Below, one piece after another: positions 28,480-42,016 of a stretch of 64,000 nt of DNA. Both the position numbers and the translations under genes were made by a program. The first letter of the stretch is position 1; each line of letters opens with the position of its first letter. The notes beneath the pieces are model-generated. The model did no database searches. It was not told the DNA's origin and worked only from the letters and a program-made list of their open reading frames with translations. The DNA comes from Eledone cirrhosa (Eukaryota), in assembly GCA_964016885.1 (NCBI GenBank), contig OZ024742.1, positions 229,834,001-229,898,000 on the forward strand. Direction: 5' to 3'.

Positions 28480-28625
28480 GAGTGGTATACATTTCAGTCC
28501 CTTAATATATTTATTTGGGTGTTTCTAAGTGCCTTTTTTGATAGATTAATTACCTTAGGTTTCTCATGTTCGGAAAACATCACAAGTCCCGGTATATCTG
28601 TGGTCTTACTAAGAAATGACTGAAA
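28480..28625 (-). mobile_element. Probable Penelope-like N-terminal fragment
   Basis: Minus strand gives KVINLSKKALRNTQINIL then, after a frameshift, GLKCIP, resembling the PLE VINLS..L..GLKF.P motif. Confidence 0.5.
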
Positions 28626-28889
28626 TGGTGATTTTGTGCCTCAATGTTATGTATTAATCAATGGGATGATTTTTATAGTAATTATTAGAGTTGTAAGTGG
28701 TTTCTTGTGCGAAAATTGATTTGGTATATCATGTAACCTGATTGCACTTCTAAATTTATTTGGTGTTACTACAAGAATCTTCTATTCAATGGAATCAAAC
28801 CCTTTGTAGATCCCCCTAACCACCAACCACCAATACACACATGCTGCAGGACCCCACATTACCTGTAGTTTCATTTTCATTTTTCATTG

Positions 28890-29250
28890 TTACGGCGGCT
28901 GAAATAGCTTTTCTCCGAAAAGTTACTCCATAAAGTACGTATCTCGGAGATCAGAGAGTTGCTCCAGGTAGAGCCGCTACTTCTCTGAATTGAAAGATCA
29001 CAGCACCGATACTATGGACATGTGGTTAGAATGTCTCAGGAAAGAACCGCTGGACACATTTTACTGGCGAAACCAACGGGTAGGAGACCCAGGGGTAGAC
29101 CCCAAGCAAGATGGTTGGGTTACATCCATGAGCTTGGCTGGTCTCGCTTGGGGATCCAACAGGATCAGTTGGAGACGGTTGCGTTTGACAGGACCCACTT
29201 GAGGGAGTGTTTGAAGACCCTGCCCCCACGACCCTCCCAGGAATAACTGG
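28890..29250 (+). mobile_element. RTE/Expander-like LINE 3' fragment
   Basis: GHVVRM..KPTGRRPRGRPQARWLGYI..LPPRP. Confidence 0.7.
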
Positions 29251-29484
29251 GCGAAAAAACGAAAAAAGAATTATTATTGCCTTGTATGAGATCATTTTAC
29301 AGAAGGTATTAACTGTTACCGAACCTATGTCTCCATCTCCTCATCCCAGCCAGACATATACACATAATACAAAGTAATACTGACTAGAAATATCACTACA
29401 GACATCTATTGTTCAAGCTCTGAAAGCTAAGATTCAATGAAATAATATTGAAATTTAGACTTCTGCACACTAATTCTGCTTTAA

Positions 29485-29583
<99 letters not shown>

Positions 29584-29897
29584 AGTGTGTATTGATAAAT
29601 AAGGGTATACTGTAGAAATTCATAAACATAAAAATATCATTTGTTAATGCAAAGTAGATGTTTTAAGCAATGAAAGACCAATAAAAATATTTGATAAAAC
29701 TCAACACTACTTGATATACCGAATACAGACATATTTGTTTTTCTGATTAAAAAGTAAGAGGTCCTTTAAATATACTTCTGTGCATTTCCACACATATATT
29801 TTTAATGAAAAACTTTTATTTATATGAAAGCCATATTTTAAAATATACAGATTATTCATACATATATACATACATGCATATGTATATATATATATAT

Positions 29898-29983
<86 letters not shown>

Positions 29984-30146
29984 GAGTTAAACAAGATTCT
30001 ATGAGTATATCATTCTCTATTGAATTTATTACGTTTTCGCATTTTCTCATTATTAGGGTATACATGTTGAATTTTCTCTTGGGTTAATCACTACCTTGAT
30101 TAAATCTTAACCATTTAACATCTCAGGGTATGTCATGTATCATTAT

Positions 30147-30199
30147 ATTTTGTCTGATGAGGACGTACTGTTTTACCTCCGAAATATGTATAATAAAAT
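30147..30199 (+). ncRNA. Type I hammerhead ribozyme
   Basis: ATTTTGT-CTGATGA-GGA..TCC-GAAA-TATGTA-TA-ATAAAAT. Same stem III and AUA triplet as 25188 but a different stem II. Confidence 0.75.
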
Positions 30200-30461
30200 T
30201 TAATTGATCAAAAGAACATCTATTTTATTAATATTTATATTTTAATATTTTAATATATATATATATTGGGTCAAGTATGAAATTTGTAGAAATTTGTTGA
30301 GAAAAAAGAAATATCTTCAAACTTCATACTTGACCCAATATATATATATATATATATATAGCTGCTGGATTTTCTAATCTACCAGTCTCTTCTTAGCGCT
30401 GAGGGAGACCATCACCATTCTATTAATGTCGATATAATTCTTATATCGATATTATTTGGGC

Positions 30462-30509
30462 ATCCACTGATGAGTTTATAAGAGCCCGCTTGTGTATGAA
30501 ACTATGGAT
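30462..30509 (+). ncRNA. Degenerate hammerhead with truncated stem III
   Basis: ATCCA-CTGATGA-...-GAAA-CTA-TGGAT. Stem I is ATCCA/TGGAT. Confidence 0.5.
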
Positions 30510-30624
30510 TATATACAAGTTTCTACATAACCTGAAAATTATTTATCCCAAATTGTAGAAATCTTATAACGAAACGGCCGTCTGGAAGGAAAGAGATATT
30601 TGTTTAATAATGTCTCATATAAAA

Positions 30625-30816
30625 TAATTGTTTCTACTTTTGGCACAAGGCCAGCAATTATCCAGTACATTACTGGTACTTTATTTTATCGACCCCGTAA
30701 GGATGAAAGGCAAAGTTAACCTCGGCGGGATTTGAACTCAGAATGGCAAGGGCCGTAACTCTATGTGTCAAAGCATGGCGTCCAACCCTCTACCGATACT
30801 GCCAATTCACCGCCCT
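30625..30816 (-). mobile_element. SINE S1 copy
   Basis: Full shared core: ggcacaaggccagc..tttatcgaccccgtaaggatgaaaggcaaagtt..atttgaactcag..ctgccaattcaccgcc. Confidence 0.85.
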
Positions 30817-30986
30817 TGTCTCATATAAAATAATGTCTCATATAAAATAATACAACCAGCTATCCACGAAATACTGATTAGTTAGCACCCCAAACACTAA
30901 ATTGGGATAATACTTAGGTATATCCTAATGTTTGTTGAGTGAGGTGGAATTGGTCGGAGTATCGCTTAAGGCTTTCTCTGTTTATG

Positions 30987-31044
<58 letters not shown>

Positions 31045-31067
<23 letters not shown>

Positions 31068-31935
31068 TATGTATACGTACATACATATATGTATACAGAC
31101 GTACAGTAGTATGTATATATATATATCCATACTTGCACACATATATATATGTACGCATGGGTTCACTGAACATTTATTATAATGCTCAGTGTGTTTGTAA
31201 ACACACATCCCGTATTAAGCCGTAGTGTCTAGCAACCATCGTTGCTCGTTTGTTCAACACTGACAAAGGAACGCTGTATTTGTTTCAAGCTTATTAGCTA
31301 TCGTCAGCAACGTATACCTTCCTGCCAGATGATTGAACGTCTGAAAGTATATACTTTCCTTATGCATATTAACGGCTGAGTAGCCCAATTTGCATAACGA
31401 GTGGGTTAATCGGCCGGGTGCACCGAAAACGATAAACGGAAAAAAATGAAACGAAATTTCATTTCCCACTCTTAGTACGGCTGTTACTTAAATATAAGTA
31501 TTATCGTTTTCGGTGCACCCGGCCGATTAACCACCCACTCGATATGCAAATTGGGCTACTCAGTCGTTAATATGCATAAGGAAAGTATATACTTTCAGAC
31601 GTACAATTATCTGGTAGGAAGGTATACGTTGCTGACGATAGCTAATAAGCTTGAAACTAGTACAGCGTTCCTTTGTCAGTGTTGAACAAACGAGCAACGA
31701 CGGTTGCTAGACACTACGGCTTAATACGGGATGTTTGTTTACAAACACACCAAACATTTTAATAAATGTTCGGTGAATCCATACGTACATATATATATGT
31801 GTGCATGTATGTATGTATATATACATACTACTGTACGTCTGTATACACATATGTATGTACGTATACATACTTATATTTAAGTAACAGCCGTACTAAGAGT
31901 GGGAAATGAAATATCGTTTCATTTTTTTCCGTTTA
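31045..31935. repeat. Nested inverted duplication between (TA)n tracts with an HHR in each arm
   Basis: About 31045-31430 mirrors 31505-31875, and about 31432-31500 mirrors 31867-31935. Confidence 0.9.
31258..31312 (-). ncRNA. Type I hammerhead ribozyme; mirror copy at 31627-31681 (+)
   Basis: CTGACGA-t-AGCT aata AGCT-t-GAAA-CAAA..TTTG-TC, with a GUC triplet. Stem I is weak. Confidence 0.7.
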
Positions 31936-31980
31936 TATATATATATATATTTGTTTTGCAAGGTTTTTGATATGAAATAT

Positions 31981-32050
<70 letters not shown>

Positions 32051-32512
32051 ATGTATGTATGTATGTATATGTATGTATATATGTGAGTGTGTGCGTCAAT
32101 ATATATTATATTATACAAATACACTCACACATATAAAAACAAAGAAAAGGAAGAAATAATTGACAAGCACCCAATTACTCCCAATAAATCCATTCGAAAT
32201 GATATTATTTCTTGAAAGTGGAGGTAAAAGTAGTTTATAATGAAGAAGACATTATTTCAGTATCATTGATTTTATGTTAATTTTTTCATTTTGCTGGTGG
32301 GAGGTCGATTAATTGTAGCATAGGAATAAATACTGTGTAGGACTGGTGTAGTGTTGAGGCACAAATTATTTTAGGGGACTATTTTCTATTGAAATAAAAT
32401 GATGTGGGTATGGCTGACAGATTTTGACCCCATAAGAGGAATAATATGACAAATGAATAGTGACAGTGAAGTGATTCAAGGTTTTGTGTTTTGGTGCGAA
32501 AATGAAATCAAT

Positions 32513-32590
32513 TACTACTACTACTACTACTACTACTTCTACTACTACCACTACTACTGCTGCTGCTACTACTACTACTACTACTACTTA

Positions 32591-32638
<48 letters not shown>

Positions 32639-32646
32639 CACTACCA

Positions 32647-32704
<58 letters not shown>

Positions 32705-32710
32705 CACCAT
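32513..32710. repeat. (CTA)n/(CCA)n microsatellite
   Basis: Seen directly. It is the source of the poly-Y and poly-T ORFs. Confidence 0.95.
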
Positions 32711-32939
32711 TGGGACAGTTTAAATATCTTTATCGTAATTGGTATAATTCGGAAAAATCAAACACTAAAAATGTTATATTTATGCATATTTACTGTGTAG
32801 TGTTAGCCGTTATTTCAGTTCAATGTGACCGCCATTTGCTTTCTTTAATTTGTTTACGACATGATGCGCATGCCTTAACTATTTCTTCCTTTTTCATTTT
32901 ACCGAAGGCTCGCTTGATCAAAGCCTTCAAGTGAAGGCA

Positions 32940-33620
32940 CACAGCTATGAGAAGTTGCGTTTGATATTGCTTCAACTGTACCGCATAGCCCAAAACCACA
33001 CGGATTCAAATCCAGCGAGCTAGAGGGCGAGATAGCTTTAGGGACAAAAATGGGTAATTCCTTCTTCAAAAATTCTTGTCATCTTTTCAAAGAATGGGCA
33101 GGTGCGGAATCCTGTACAAACATGACACGACTTGCATCATAATGCTTCCGAAACCAAGGCAACAAAACTTCTTCAAAGATTTTGAGATACTCTGCTGTGT
33201 TGAGTATCATCAATAAAATGAGGAGGGGCAACAATTTCTCATCACATGCAACATCTCCAAAGAGCACAATGGAATCCATATTCTTTCTATGCATAGTTGA
33301 AGGAAATTGGGAAGAATCGTAAGCTAGCATTTGTGAGTTTTGACGGTTTGCACCTTCGTCTACAACAAACTTCTTTTCATTTACAATGTTTCAGATGATT
33401 AAGTAGTTTGGGACTTCTTTCAACTCGAATGGCAACAACCTCCCCATCACTTTTGCCGGCGTAGAAAAATTCAGCAATGACTGTTTAATTCTTTATTAAC
33501 ATCCATAATAAAATACAAAATAGTACACATGATTATTGAAGGTTTACCCTCTAACAAAATCTATACAATTAGAAATATAGCGATTTGAAACTCGTCTCAA
33601 TTTACCTGTTACACTCTGTA
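32940..33620 (-). mobile_element. Tc1/mariner-superfamily transposase relic
   Basis: LNTAEYLKIFEEVLLPW..FVQDSAPAHS (second catalytic D). Possible TIR TACAGAGTGTAACAGG at about 33605-33620. Confidence 0.7.
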
Positions 33621-33659
33621 AACAACAATAACAATAAACAATAAAATTATTAGAACACA

Positions 33660-35960
33660 AATTCGACAACAGAGAGGAGGGCTACCCAGGGGCGCCTCTG
33701 GAATCCCACCAATCCTGAACCACCTAACGCTCCGAAAACACCCGAGGTAGGCACCTCTTTCCGCTTCAAATCAACTATCCTACAAGTGCATGTTCAGAGT
33801 AGGCACATTCATGCGGGCCATTCTTGAAACATGCACCCCCCATTTAGGAAATGTTCTGGTGGAGCAGTTCCTTCCTCTTCTTCTTTCCAAGTCAAACTTG
33901 AGAACGTTGAGGAGGGATTGAGGAGGATTGTCTGTAGATGTTTCAACTTCCAACACCAACCACTTTTGCTACGGCCATCAGATAGAGGGCAATTGCCTGT
34001 CCTTCTCCACCAAAGAAAGGTGGCAGCACGATCTTCACTATGGACTCGGTCAATAGCCCGATCCGTCAAACACGTGATAGGAACTTTTCGACATAATTAC
34101 ATAAGTTAATAGTGCACAGACACTGGCTGAATGTGTGTAGAATGGTTTCGTTGTTCTGCACGTATATCGAGCAGGTCCGCCTGACCGCACTTTCGTGCCT
34201 TTAAAGTTGATCGCGAACCGGCAGTCCCCTACACTGCGAAGCGAGGGATTTTTGTAAGTTATCCGTAGTCTCCGGCTCGACATTCCTCCAGAATACACTG
34301 GTTAATTCGATTTCGTCAACGCCCAGTGCCTCTCAAAGTGTGTTGTCGCATTTGTTCACTTCAAATCCTCTATAGAACGCTAGAGTGGAACTTCCACTGT
34401 CGCATTGCCCGCCTGGTAACATTTAAGATGTCAGGTGCTCAGTCTCGGTCTCTTCGTGACCCAGAACAACATGTTGATCGTTTAAGAATATCTGAAAATG
34501 CCGTAGCCTCAGCACATGCTTGCGTATCATCTGCCACGATTAGCCCGGCCTTCCGCATAGAGGGTGCTGGCAGCAGATGGACCGCCTCAGCTGTTGAATC
34601 TGTCCTTTCCACTAGAGGTTGAAGAGCAGACATTCCAATTTGGTGAGGAGCGTTTGGGGGAAAGGCATGACGGTTAGGCGGTAACAGATGTCGGACGCGA
34701 TGTACTCGTGCGCCACCGCCACCCGGAAATTCAGTGATAGCTTTATCTCGGCCCATTTCTGGGCGAGAAACACCACCCTGCTCGTTACCTCGTTCCAGCT
34801 CTTATCCAACTGGGGGGCTGGTCCGAATCAGATCCCAAGCAATTTCACCGCTCCGTCCGGCACGCTTCCGATTACACTTTTGAATGTCATGGATTTTCCT
34901 CTCCAAGTGTCGACCTGTAAACCCACCGATATTTCCGGATTAAGTTTCGCTCCGGTCAACCTTTCATATTCCTCCAAGCAGGTGCCGAAAACCTCGATTT
35001 TTGAGGCCTTCGACACCATCATGGTTATGTCATTCCTGTAGGCCGACATAGCCCTTCCGCAGTAAAGGCTCGAGAGTCAATACGTACTGAAGGGAGGAGA
35101 GTGGACACCCTTGACGGGTAGATCGCGTACTCTGAAACGGTTCTGTGAGGTGGCCATTTGCCTCTGTGCATTGCATGATCCAGCCTTTGGGGACGGGAAC
35201 GAAGCCAGCTGCATTGAGAACAGCATGCAAGTTACATTGGTCGACTCATCGAAAGCTTTCGATTGATTTAAATCGATCATAGACATCGAAGCTAGGTTTA
35301 CACTCTACTCTCTCTATCATGTATCACAGGAGGTGAAGGTTGTCGTGTATGTACCTCGGCGAGACTGCGCAAGTTTGTGTCTTCCCTACTAAACCCTCGA
35401 CGACAAACGCCAAACTTTTCACTAATATCTTGGTTAAAATCATAAACTCTTTGTTTCGCTGAGTTATGGGTCTGAAATTGTCTACTGAGTCCCTCTTGTT
35501 CTCGTCGTTTCTCATCAGCGTCACTACGCCCCGGCTCACAAAACTGGGAATACTACCATTCTGCTGCCAGTTTTAATTCGCCGTTTCGAGGAGATCGTAG
35601 AACAAGTCTGGCATGTCTACGTAAAACTCGTAGAGCTGACCATCTAAATCGGGCTGACTCGCGCCTCATGCATCCCGAATTTTGGCCTTCACAGGATCGC
35701 CTGGGAAGATTCGTTATAGGCCGACGAGTCAGGAACTGAAGTCCACTGCTATCTGCGAGCCGCTGCCCTCCCCGAACAGTCGAGCAATGTGCTTCCGAAT
35801 GGCCACAAACAACTGCCTGGAATCGTTCAGCACGCGTTCGTCTCGGTCAATCAAAGACTGAATCGCAGTTTCTTACCATGCTGTGACTCCACAACACAGG
35901 CCCATTGAACAGCTTTCATTCCTACGTTTTCTAGAGCACGTGCCTTAACTCTAACAATGC
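33660..35960 (-). mobile_element. L1/Tx1-clade LINE ORF2 relic
   Basis: NFRPIT..KIL, IDLNQSKAFD, RQGCPLS..LTLEPLL and a degenerate AYADD, with many frameshifts. Homologous to 58215-59400. Confidence 0.85.
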
Positions 35961-35999
35961 AACCGCAACCTCTGTTTTTCCCATTTAGGATTTCAGTGT

Positions 36000-36330
36000 C
36001 TAATGTGATAAGAGGATCACAAATAGGTCAGATCTGATACTGGTAGATAAAAATAAAATCAGTATCACTTGATTGACATAGCAGTGCCAGAAGATGATAG
36101 GCTTGTTGAGACGGAAAATGAGAAGGAAGATAAATATTAGTTTCTGAAATTTGAAATAATGCGGATTTGGGAACTGAACGGATATAAAGATATTTCAGAT
36201 GTTTGTTGGTTTTTTTTTTGCCCTTGGTGTGTTAACGAAGAACATTTAAAATTGGATTTCAGAGATTAGAGTGGAAATTCTTCATCAAATATTGTAAGGA
36301 AATTGAACTGCAGGGCCATAGGCTATATTT
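36000..36330 (+). mobile_element. R4/Dong-like LINE 3' fragment (restriction-like endonuclease)
   Basis: NRSDLILVDK..LIDIAVPEDD..E.EKEDKY..LKFEIMRIW. Confidence 0.65.
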
Positions 36331-36944
36331 TATTACCTGTTCTTATGTTACATTTGACGAGATAAGATATGTCTGTGTTCCAAGTAATATTAATAATATT
36401 GAGCATCCAGTGCAAAAATAATTTGGAAAAGTTTGTTTAAAGTCTAATAGGAATAATTTGAAAGCATCCAGTATGATTTGGTTTTAGTTTTGGATTTGCT
36501 TTCATTTTACCTGCTATTCTGTGGAGAGAGAGCTAGTCTTTTACCTATGCAGTGTGGTGGAGATTCGGGTGGCCATTCAATCAGACACCGCTTTGATACG
36601 GAGATAGGCATTTATACTAAGGGACTTTGTGATAGGCTGACAAGTGGAAACTGATAGTCACTGATATAGACAATGAGATGGGCAGTAATAAGGTGGACCC
36701 TGGGATAGACAAGTGAACACTGTGGTAGCACTGATATAGCTAATATGATGCGTTATATGATGGACACTGGGGTATTTAAAGGAAACGCAAGTAGACAATG
36801 CGTAGGCGCTCTCATCGCGACCTAGTGCGTATATCTGCCATATCTGTTATTAATAAGTTATATCCTGTTGATATATGCTGTTGAGTTGGTTTAAGTTTCT
36901 GTCAGTAGGGTGATATATTTTCTTTCTTTTTTTTTTGTTAATTG

Positions 36945-37370
36945 AGGTCTTGTTTAAGAGTTACCACAAGCTGGATCGTTTCATGTTGTGTTATATGGAC
37001 GACAAGGTCACTTCAGAAGCTCTCTACATTCCAGAACCACATCATGAGACTTATGACTGGCATGCGGCTCAGCGACCGTATCTGTATCAGTGAACTGCTC
37101 ATCTTTACCAAACTTAGAGCAATTACATCAATTGTCAATAAAAAGATCAGCTCGTGGTGTGAGTAGATTATGCCTGGAAGGAAGGTTGGCTGGTAAGAGA
37201 AGCAGAGGCTGGTAGCCAAAATGATGGCTTGACAATGTCAACTTATGGACTGGACTTGATCTTTGCTCTTTGAACTCTGCTGCTTGTGCTCGAACTTTGT
37301 GGAGAGAGATATCACATGTTAATGCGCAGTCTGCAACTGACGGAGTTTAGCGTCACAAGAAGAAGAATAA
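36945..37370 (+). mobile_element. RTE-like LINE 3' relic
   Basis: WTT..LQKLSTFQNHIMRLMTGMRLSDRI..ELL, followed by a short (AGA)n tail. Confidence 0.5.
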
Positions 37371-37669
37371 GTTATAGCAGAGAGGATACGACGATCGGGC
37401 CGCAATCGTGAAGTCTTGGTTCAATCGTACAGCCTGGTATCTTGGGCAATTCTCTTCAAGCCAAGGCTTGCGAATGAAGTTGTGTCGACGGAAGCTGAGT
37501 GGAAGTCTAATGTAGAAGCCCCTCGGATAGATACTACTTAATTCAAATGCTCAGTTACGTCACATTATGCGTCACTCTCATCTGCATGGAGATATTAAGT
37601 GTGCAGTTGTCTGTAGAGTACTCGAACTCTTACACATTAATTCCAAATTCACACAATATCATCACGGAT

Positions 37670-38315
37670 ATTTATAATACTTGTTTTGGACACAAGGCCA
37701 GCAATTATCCCAGTGCATTACTGGTATTTAATTTTATCGACCCCGTAAGGATGAAAGGCAAAGTTAACCTCGGCGAGATTTGAACTCAGACCGTAAAGGG
37801 GTGTAACTCTATGCTGCAAATCATGGCATCAGACCCTCTACCGATATTGCCAATTTACCGCCCGGATATTTATAATAATGATTTCTGCTATAGGCACAAG
37901 GCCAATAATTTGGGGGGAGGGGAAAGTCGATTAAATCGACCCCAGTACATTACTGGTGCTTTACTTTATCGACCCCGTAAGGATGAAAGGCAAAGTTAAC
38001 CTCGGCGGGATTTCAACTCAGACCGTAAAGGGACGTGAGTCTATCCTGCAAAGCATGTCGTCCGACTCTCTTCCGATACTGCCAATCCACCGCCCTACTG
38101 ATATTTATAATAATTGTTTCTACGTTTGGAACAAGGCCAGCAATTACCCAGTGCATTACTGATACTTTATTTTATCGACCCCGTAAGGATGAAAGGCAAA
38201 GTTAAACTCGGCGGCATTTTAACTCAGAATGGCAAGGGCCGTAACTCTATATGTCAAAGCATGGCGTCCGACCCTCTACCGATACTGCCAATCCACCACC
38301 CTGATATTTATAATA
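37670..38315 (-). mobile_element. Three tandem SINE S1 copies
   Basis: Core atcgaccccgtaaggatgaaaggcaaagttaa at about 37736, 37968 and 38174, joined by gatatttataataat. Confidence 0.9.
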
Positions 38316-39968
38316 ATAAAAACGCCTTCAGCTGTTGAAAGTCCTTGAATTCTATCATGTAACTTGAATTCGAAAGTTCGGTGGAATAATATACAATTCG
38401 AAAAGACACACCCTCAATTACAAGACGATGGTGTTGAAAATGTCTGACAATCGACTAAAGATGACAGATTATTTCGAGCTGAAGTGTATCAAAGAGAATC
38501 ACAACAAGGTTCGTATCACTATGGGTCATCGTCTGAATTGTAATATCCTTTAATATAAGAATAATCGTGCGAAAATATACATTTTATATGAAGAGTGTAT
38601 AGAAGAGTGTTTTATGTATATTTCAGGATCAAGTTTCTTTGATTGCATCACATTATATATCTCTTTATTGGCTTCACTCACACTATATTTATTAAATGTT
38701 TACACATGGGAATGGTGTCTACATATTGTTTGATCAACTATATTAACGTTTATTTTTTTTTCCAATAATAGATCTTGCGCCGACGGGTAATATCATAGGA
38801 TTTTCTATCAGATTAAGCCTCTAGAGAACACTTTATGACAGTATCCACTCAATCAAAGCAGGAACTTCACAAAATCTATCACCAAACCCATTAGAATAAA
38901 TATAAACCCTTCTTATATGAAAGAGAAAGAACACTCATAAATACGATAGAATAGGAGAAGAGAGAATTCGTGCAATCATTCATTTAAACAAACAGCTTAT
39001 TACTTTTGTTTTTCCATAATTTACCAACCAAACATATTTCCGAAAGAAACTTGTGAGTAAAGAGTGATTATATATTATATTAGCTTACAAATCATTATAT
39101 AATAATCGTATATTGTAGAATACTTCGAAATAAATGATTGCTATCATGAGATATGAGATATAAATTTATTGAATACGTTTATAAAATCCATAACTATAGA
39201 ATGTAAACAATATTTAAGGGGAATAACACACACACACGCGCGCGCACACATACACACATATATATATAGATACACATAGCAAGAGATGAATGTGTGTGTT
39301 TGTAAGCATACATATATATGTACCTACACACACACATACACACACACACACACACAATATGTGTTTTTATGTGTGTATGTATTTGTATGTGTATGTGTGC
39401 ATATTGTGCCATCAATAATTCATCTGATTGTAACATTGGAGGGGCTTCACATTACATAAATATTGAGTAACTAAATTCTTAGATTTGACATGATGAAGTC
39501 GGTCTCTTACATGTTATAAGGACACAGAAAGCTAGACTTCTTTAGATGTGTGAATGGTAATATGACTATATATATATATATATATATATGTACGCATGGT
39601 AAAATGAAATAAAACGGTCTCAGCTATAGTTTCCACACATATGTTAAGTTGTGATTAATATTGTCTTGATGGAAATCTGAAGTACAAAACATATTTCATA
39701 GCGTTTGTCTCTGAACGAAGAAAACAGCGGCAGAAGTAGATAAGTCTCTCTTCCCCGTCTCTCTGTATATATATATATATATATATATAGAAGTTAATAT
39801 GTCCAGGGATACTAGGTACCCCTAGAAATACATAGGTTGTCTATGATTCAAGGTTGTTCAATGGTGTTAATTTGATACACCAGAACAAGATAAGCAGAAC
39901 AAGTAAAATTCAATCAATTTTTCAAAATACATTAAAAAATATAATATAAATATTTACCTCTTCTAGTG

Positions 39969-40050
39969 GCTCTTACTGATCAGTTTCGCTTTGTAAAACC
40001 TCATAAATCCGATGGATTTATGATGGAAAACCAAAGCTCATCAGAGAAGC
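39969..40050 (-). ncRNA. Type I hammerhead ribozyme with an extended stem II
   Basis: Minus strand reads GCTTCT-CTGATGA-GCTTTG..TCATAAATCC/GGATTTATGA..CAAAGC-GAAA-CTGATCAG-TA-AGAGC. Palindromic stem III and a GUA triplet. Confidence 0.85.
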
Positions 40051-40337
40051 ATTTTCCCTTCCTAGGGCTAAACGTCCCAGGAACGACAAAATATACAACC
40101 TCCTGCCAGCTAATAAAGGTCTGAAAGGTCGTAAAATTGACCCGTATGTAAACTGGACCGAAGTAAAAGCGGGAAAATCAAAGACTTGCTGTCTACAATT
40201 ACTACTAAAAAAATAGCAGCCAAGTAGAGCAACAGGGTTGTTATATATATATATAAATTCAACGAGAATCGTATTTCGGCTGGTGGTATGTTCGCCCCCT
40301 CGTTTAGGCTTGGTTCCGCGGTCGGGCTTAGACATCA

Positions 40338-40474
<137 letters not shown>

Positions 40475-40543
40475 CGTGTGTGTGTGTGAGAGAGAGAGAG
40501 AGAGGGCGAGAGAGTAAGAAAGAGAGAGAGATTGTGTTTATGT

Positions 40544-40599
<56 letters not shown>

Positions 40600-40839
40600 C
40601 ATTGAGCCACACTGTGAATGGTTGCCAAACTCATATATGTATGTGTGACTCTGTCTAATTATATGTATATACCCTTTGAATTTAATATATACTCCCGTAA
40701 GGTTGAGTAAAACTTTAGGCAGTATTCGGCTGCGCTTTCTAGCAACCAGCCTACTCGCCGACAGGCACCAATCACAAACTTTTTGAATTCATTTCTGGAG
40801 GGGATCATGGTAGAAGAAACTTAGTCCAATCTGGGGTAT

Positions 40840-40921
40840 CTCCTGATGAGTTCCAAGCCTTGTGGATTTATCCAAGACCGGGTATATTCAAAAAGCGGAA
40901 CGAAATCACCGGTTGGTAGAG
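40840..40921 (+). ncRNA. Type I hammerhead ribozyme
   Basis: CTC-CTGATGA-GTTCC..(long loop)..GGAAC-GAAA-TCA ccggt TGG-TA-GAG. Confidence 0.75.
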
Positions 40922-41590
40922 CCTATGAGAATTCTGGTAAAATTTATGTGCATTTCTTCTTCAAACTTCTATTTTGTACCTAATTCCGTGTAGTTAACTA
41001 TTTGTCTAGTCAATTTCTACAGGCTAGAATAAATAATTAGATAAGTGTCATATGGCTGTACATCGCGGAAAAGAATCTATATCATTTGTCTATTATTTCT
41101 TCATAAGTACATTTTAAACTTATAGTAGGGGTTGGGGGGGGGGGGGTAATTTACAAATCTGCTGACTCAATTTCCGGGCCCCCTTTAAAATATGTAGTGA
41201 CCCATACCATTCACTGAAATCATACTAAAAATGTTTCCCGATGGTTGGGTTGGAACCCCCCCTGTACATACCCCCTGAAGTTGAGGATGGTCGAAAAGAA
41301 AGAAACGTCCGCTATTATTGCACCTATACTCGATATTTTTCGTCACAAGGGGGGTTTTGGGGGTCGATAATCTCATTTATGGTATTGTTTTTGCATTACG
41401 ACCATCCAATAGGCCGGAAATCCAGGATGCCGGATATGGGAAACTGTTATTGAACCAACTATATTGACTAATATATCATTTTTCATGAATGGCATATTTT
41501 AAACGCATTTCCGAAGACAAAATGAGCTTAACTCTAGTCTATGGCTTGAAAAAATTATTATGCATGATTCATTGGTACATTATCATTGGT

Positions 41591-42016
41591 TTATTTTAAA
41601 TTATAATGGTTCAACAAGTGACCTAAAGCATCTTTAAAGTCCTGAACAGTAGCATCCATTTTGCAGCTGACCTTCTCCAGATAAACCATCAGATTTCGCA
41701 CGTAAGTATCCACATCTAGTTTCTGATAATACCTTTTCAGTTTGAAAATGTCGCTGGTTTTTGGTATCGATAGCGAAGTGTCCCTTGCATATCTAATTTC
41801 TAAATACAACCTTTCTATTTTATCTGTTTCCGAAGCTGTATCGCTCTCCATATATGTATCTATCTCCTCCTTTTTAGTGAAAGGACCACCTACAGATTTT
41901 AGATAATGAAGGTCCTTGTTTCGTCGCTTGTCAGTGGCGATATTGGCATTTGCCTTGGTTGCGAGGCCTTCGCGTGTCAACTCCTCCTGTCTTACAGTCC
42001 ATGCTTTCAAAATCAT
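41591..42016 (-). pseudogene. Truncated protein-like ORF (141 aa), probably the C-terminal part of a transposon-associated protein
   Basis: Non-repetitive, plausible composition (RLYLEIRYARDTSLSIPKTSDIFKLKR), no ATG start, cut off near a microsatellite. The family was not recognised. Confidence 0.45.

Noticed and set aside
32453-32800. Poly-Tyr or poly-Thr mucin-like ORFs
   Set aside because: Trinucleotide microsatellite.
41160-41190. TTAA-flanked Kolobok/piggyBac-like terminus
   Set aside because: No matching second terminus was found.
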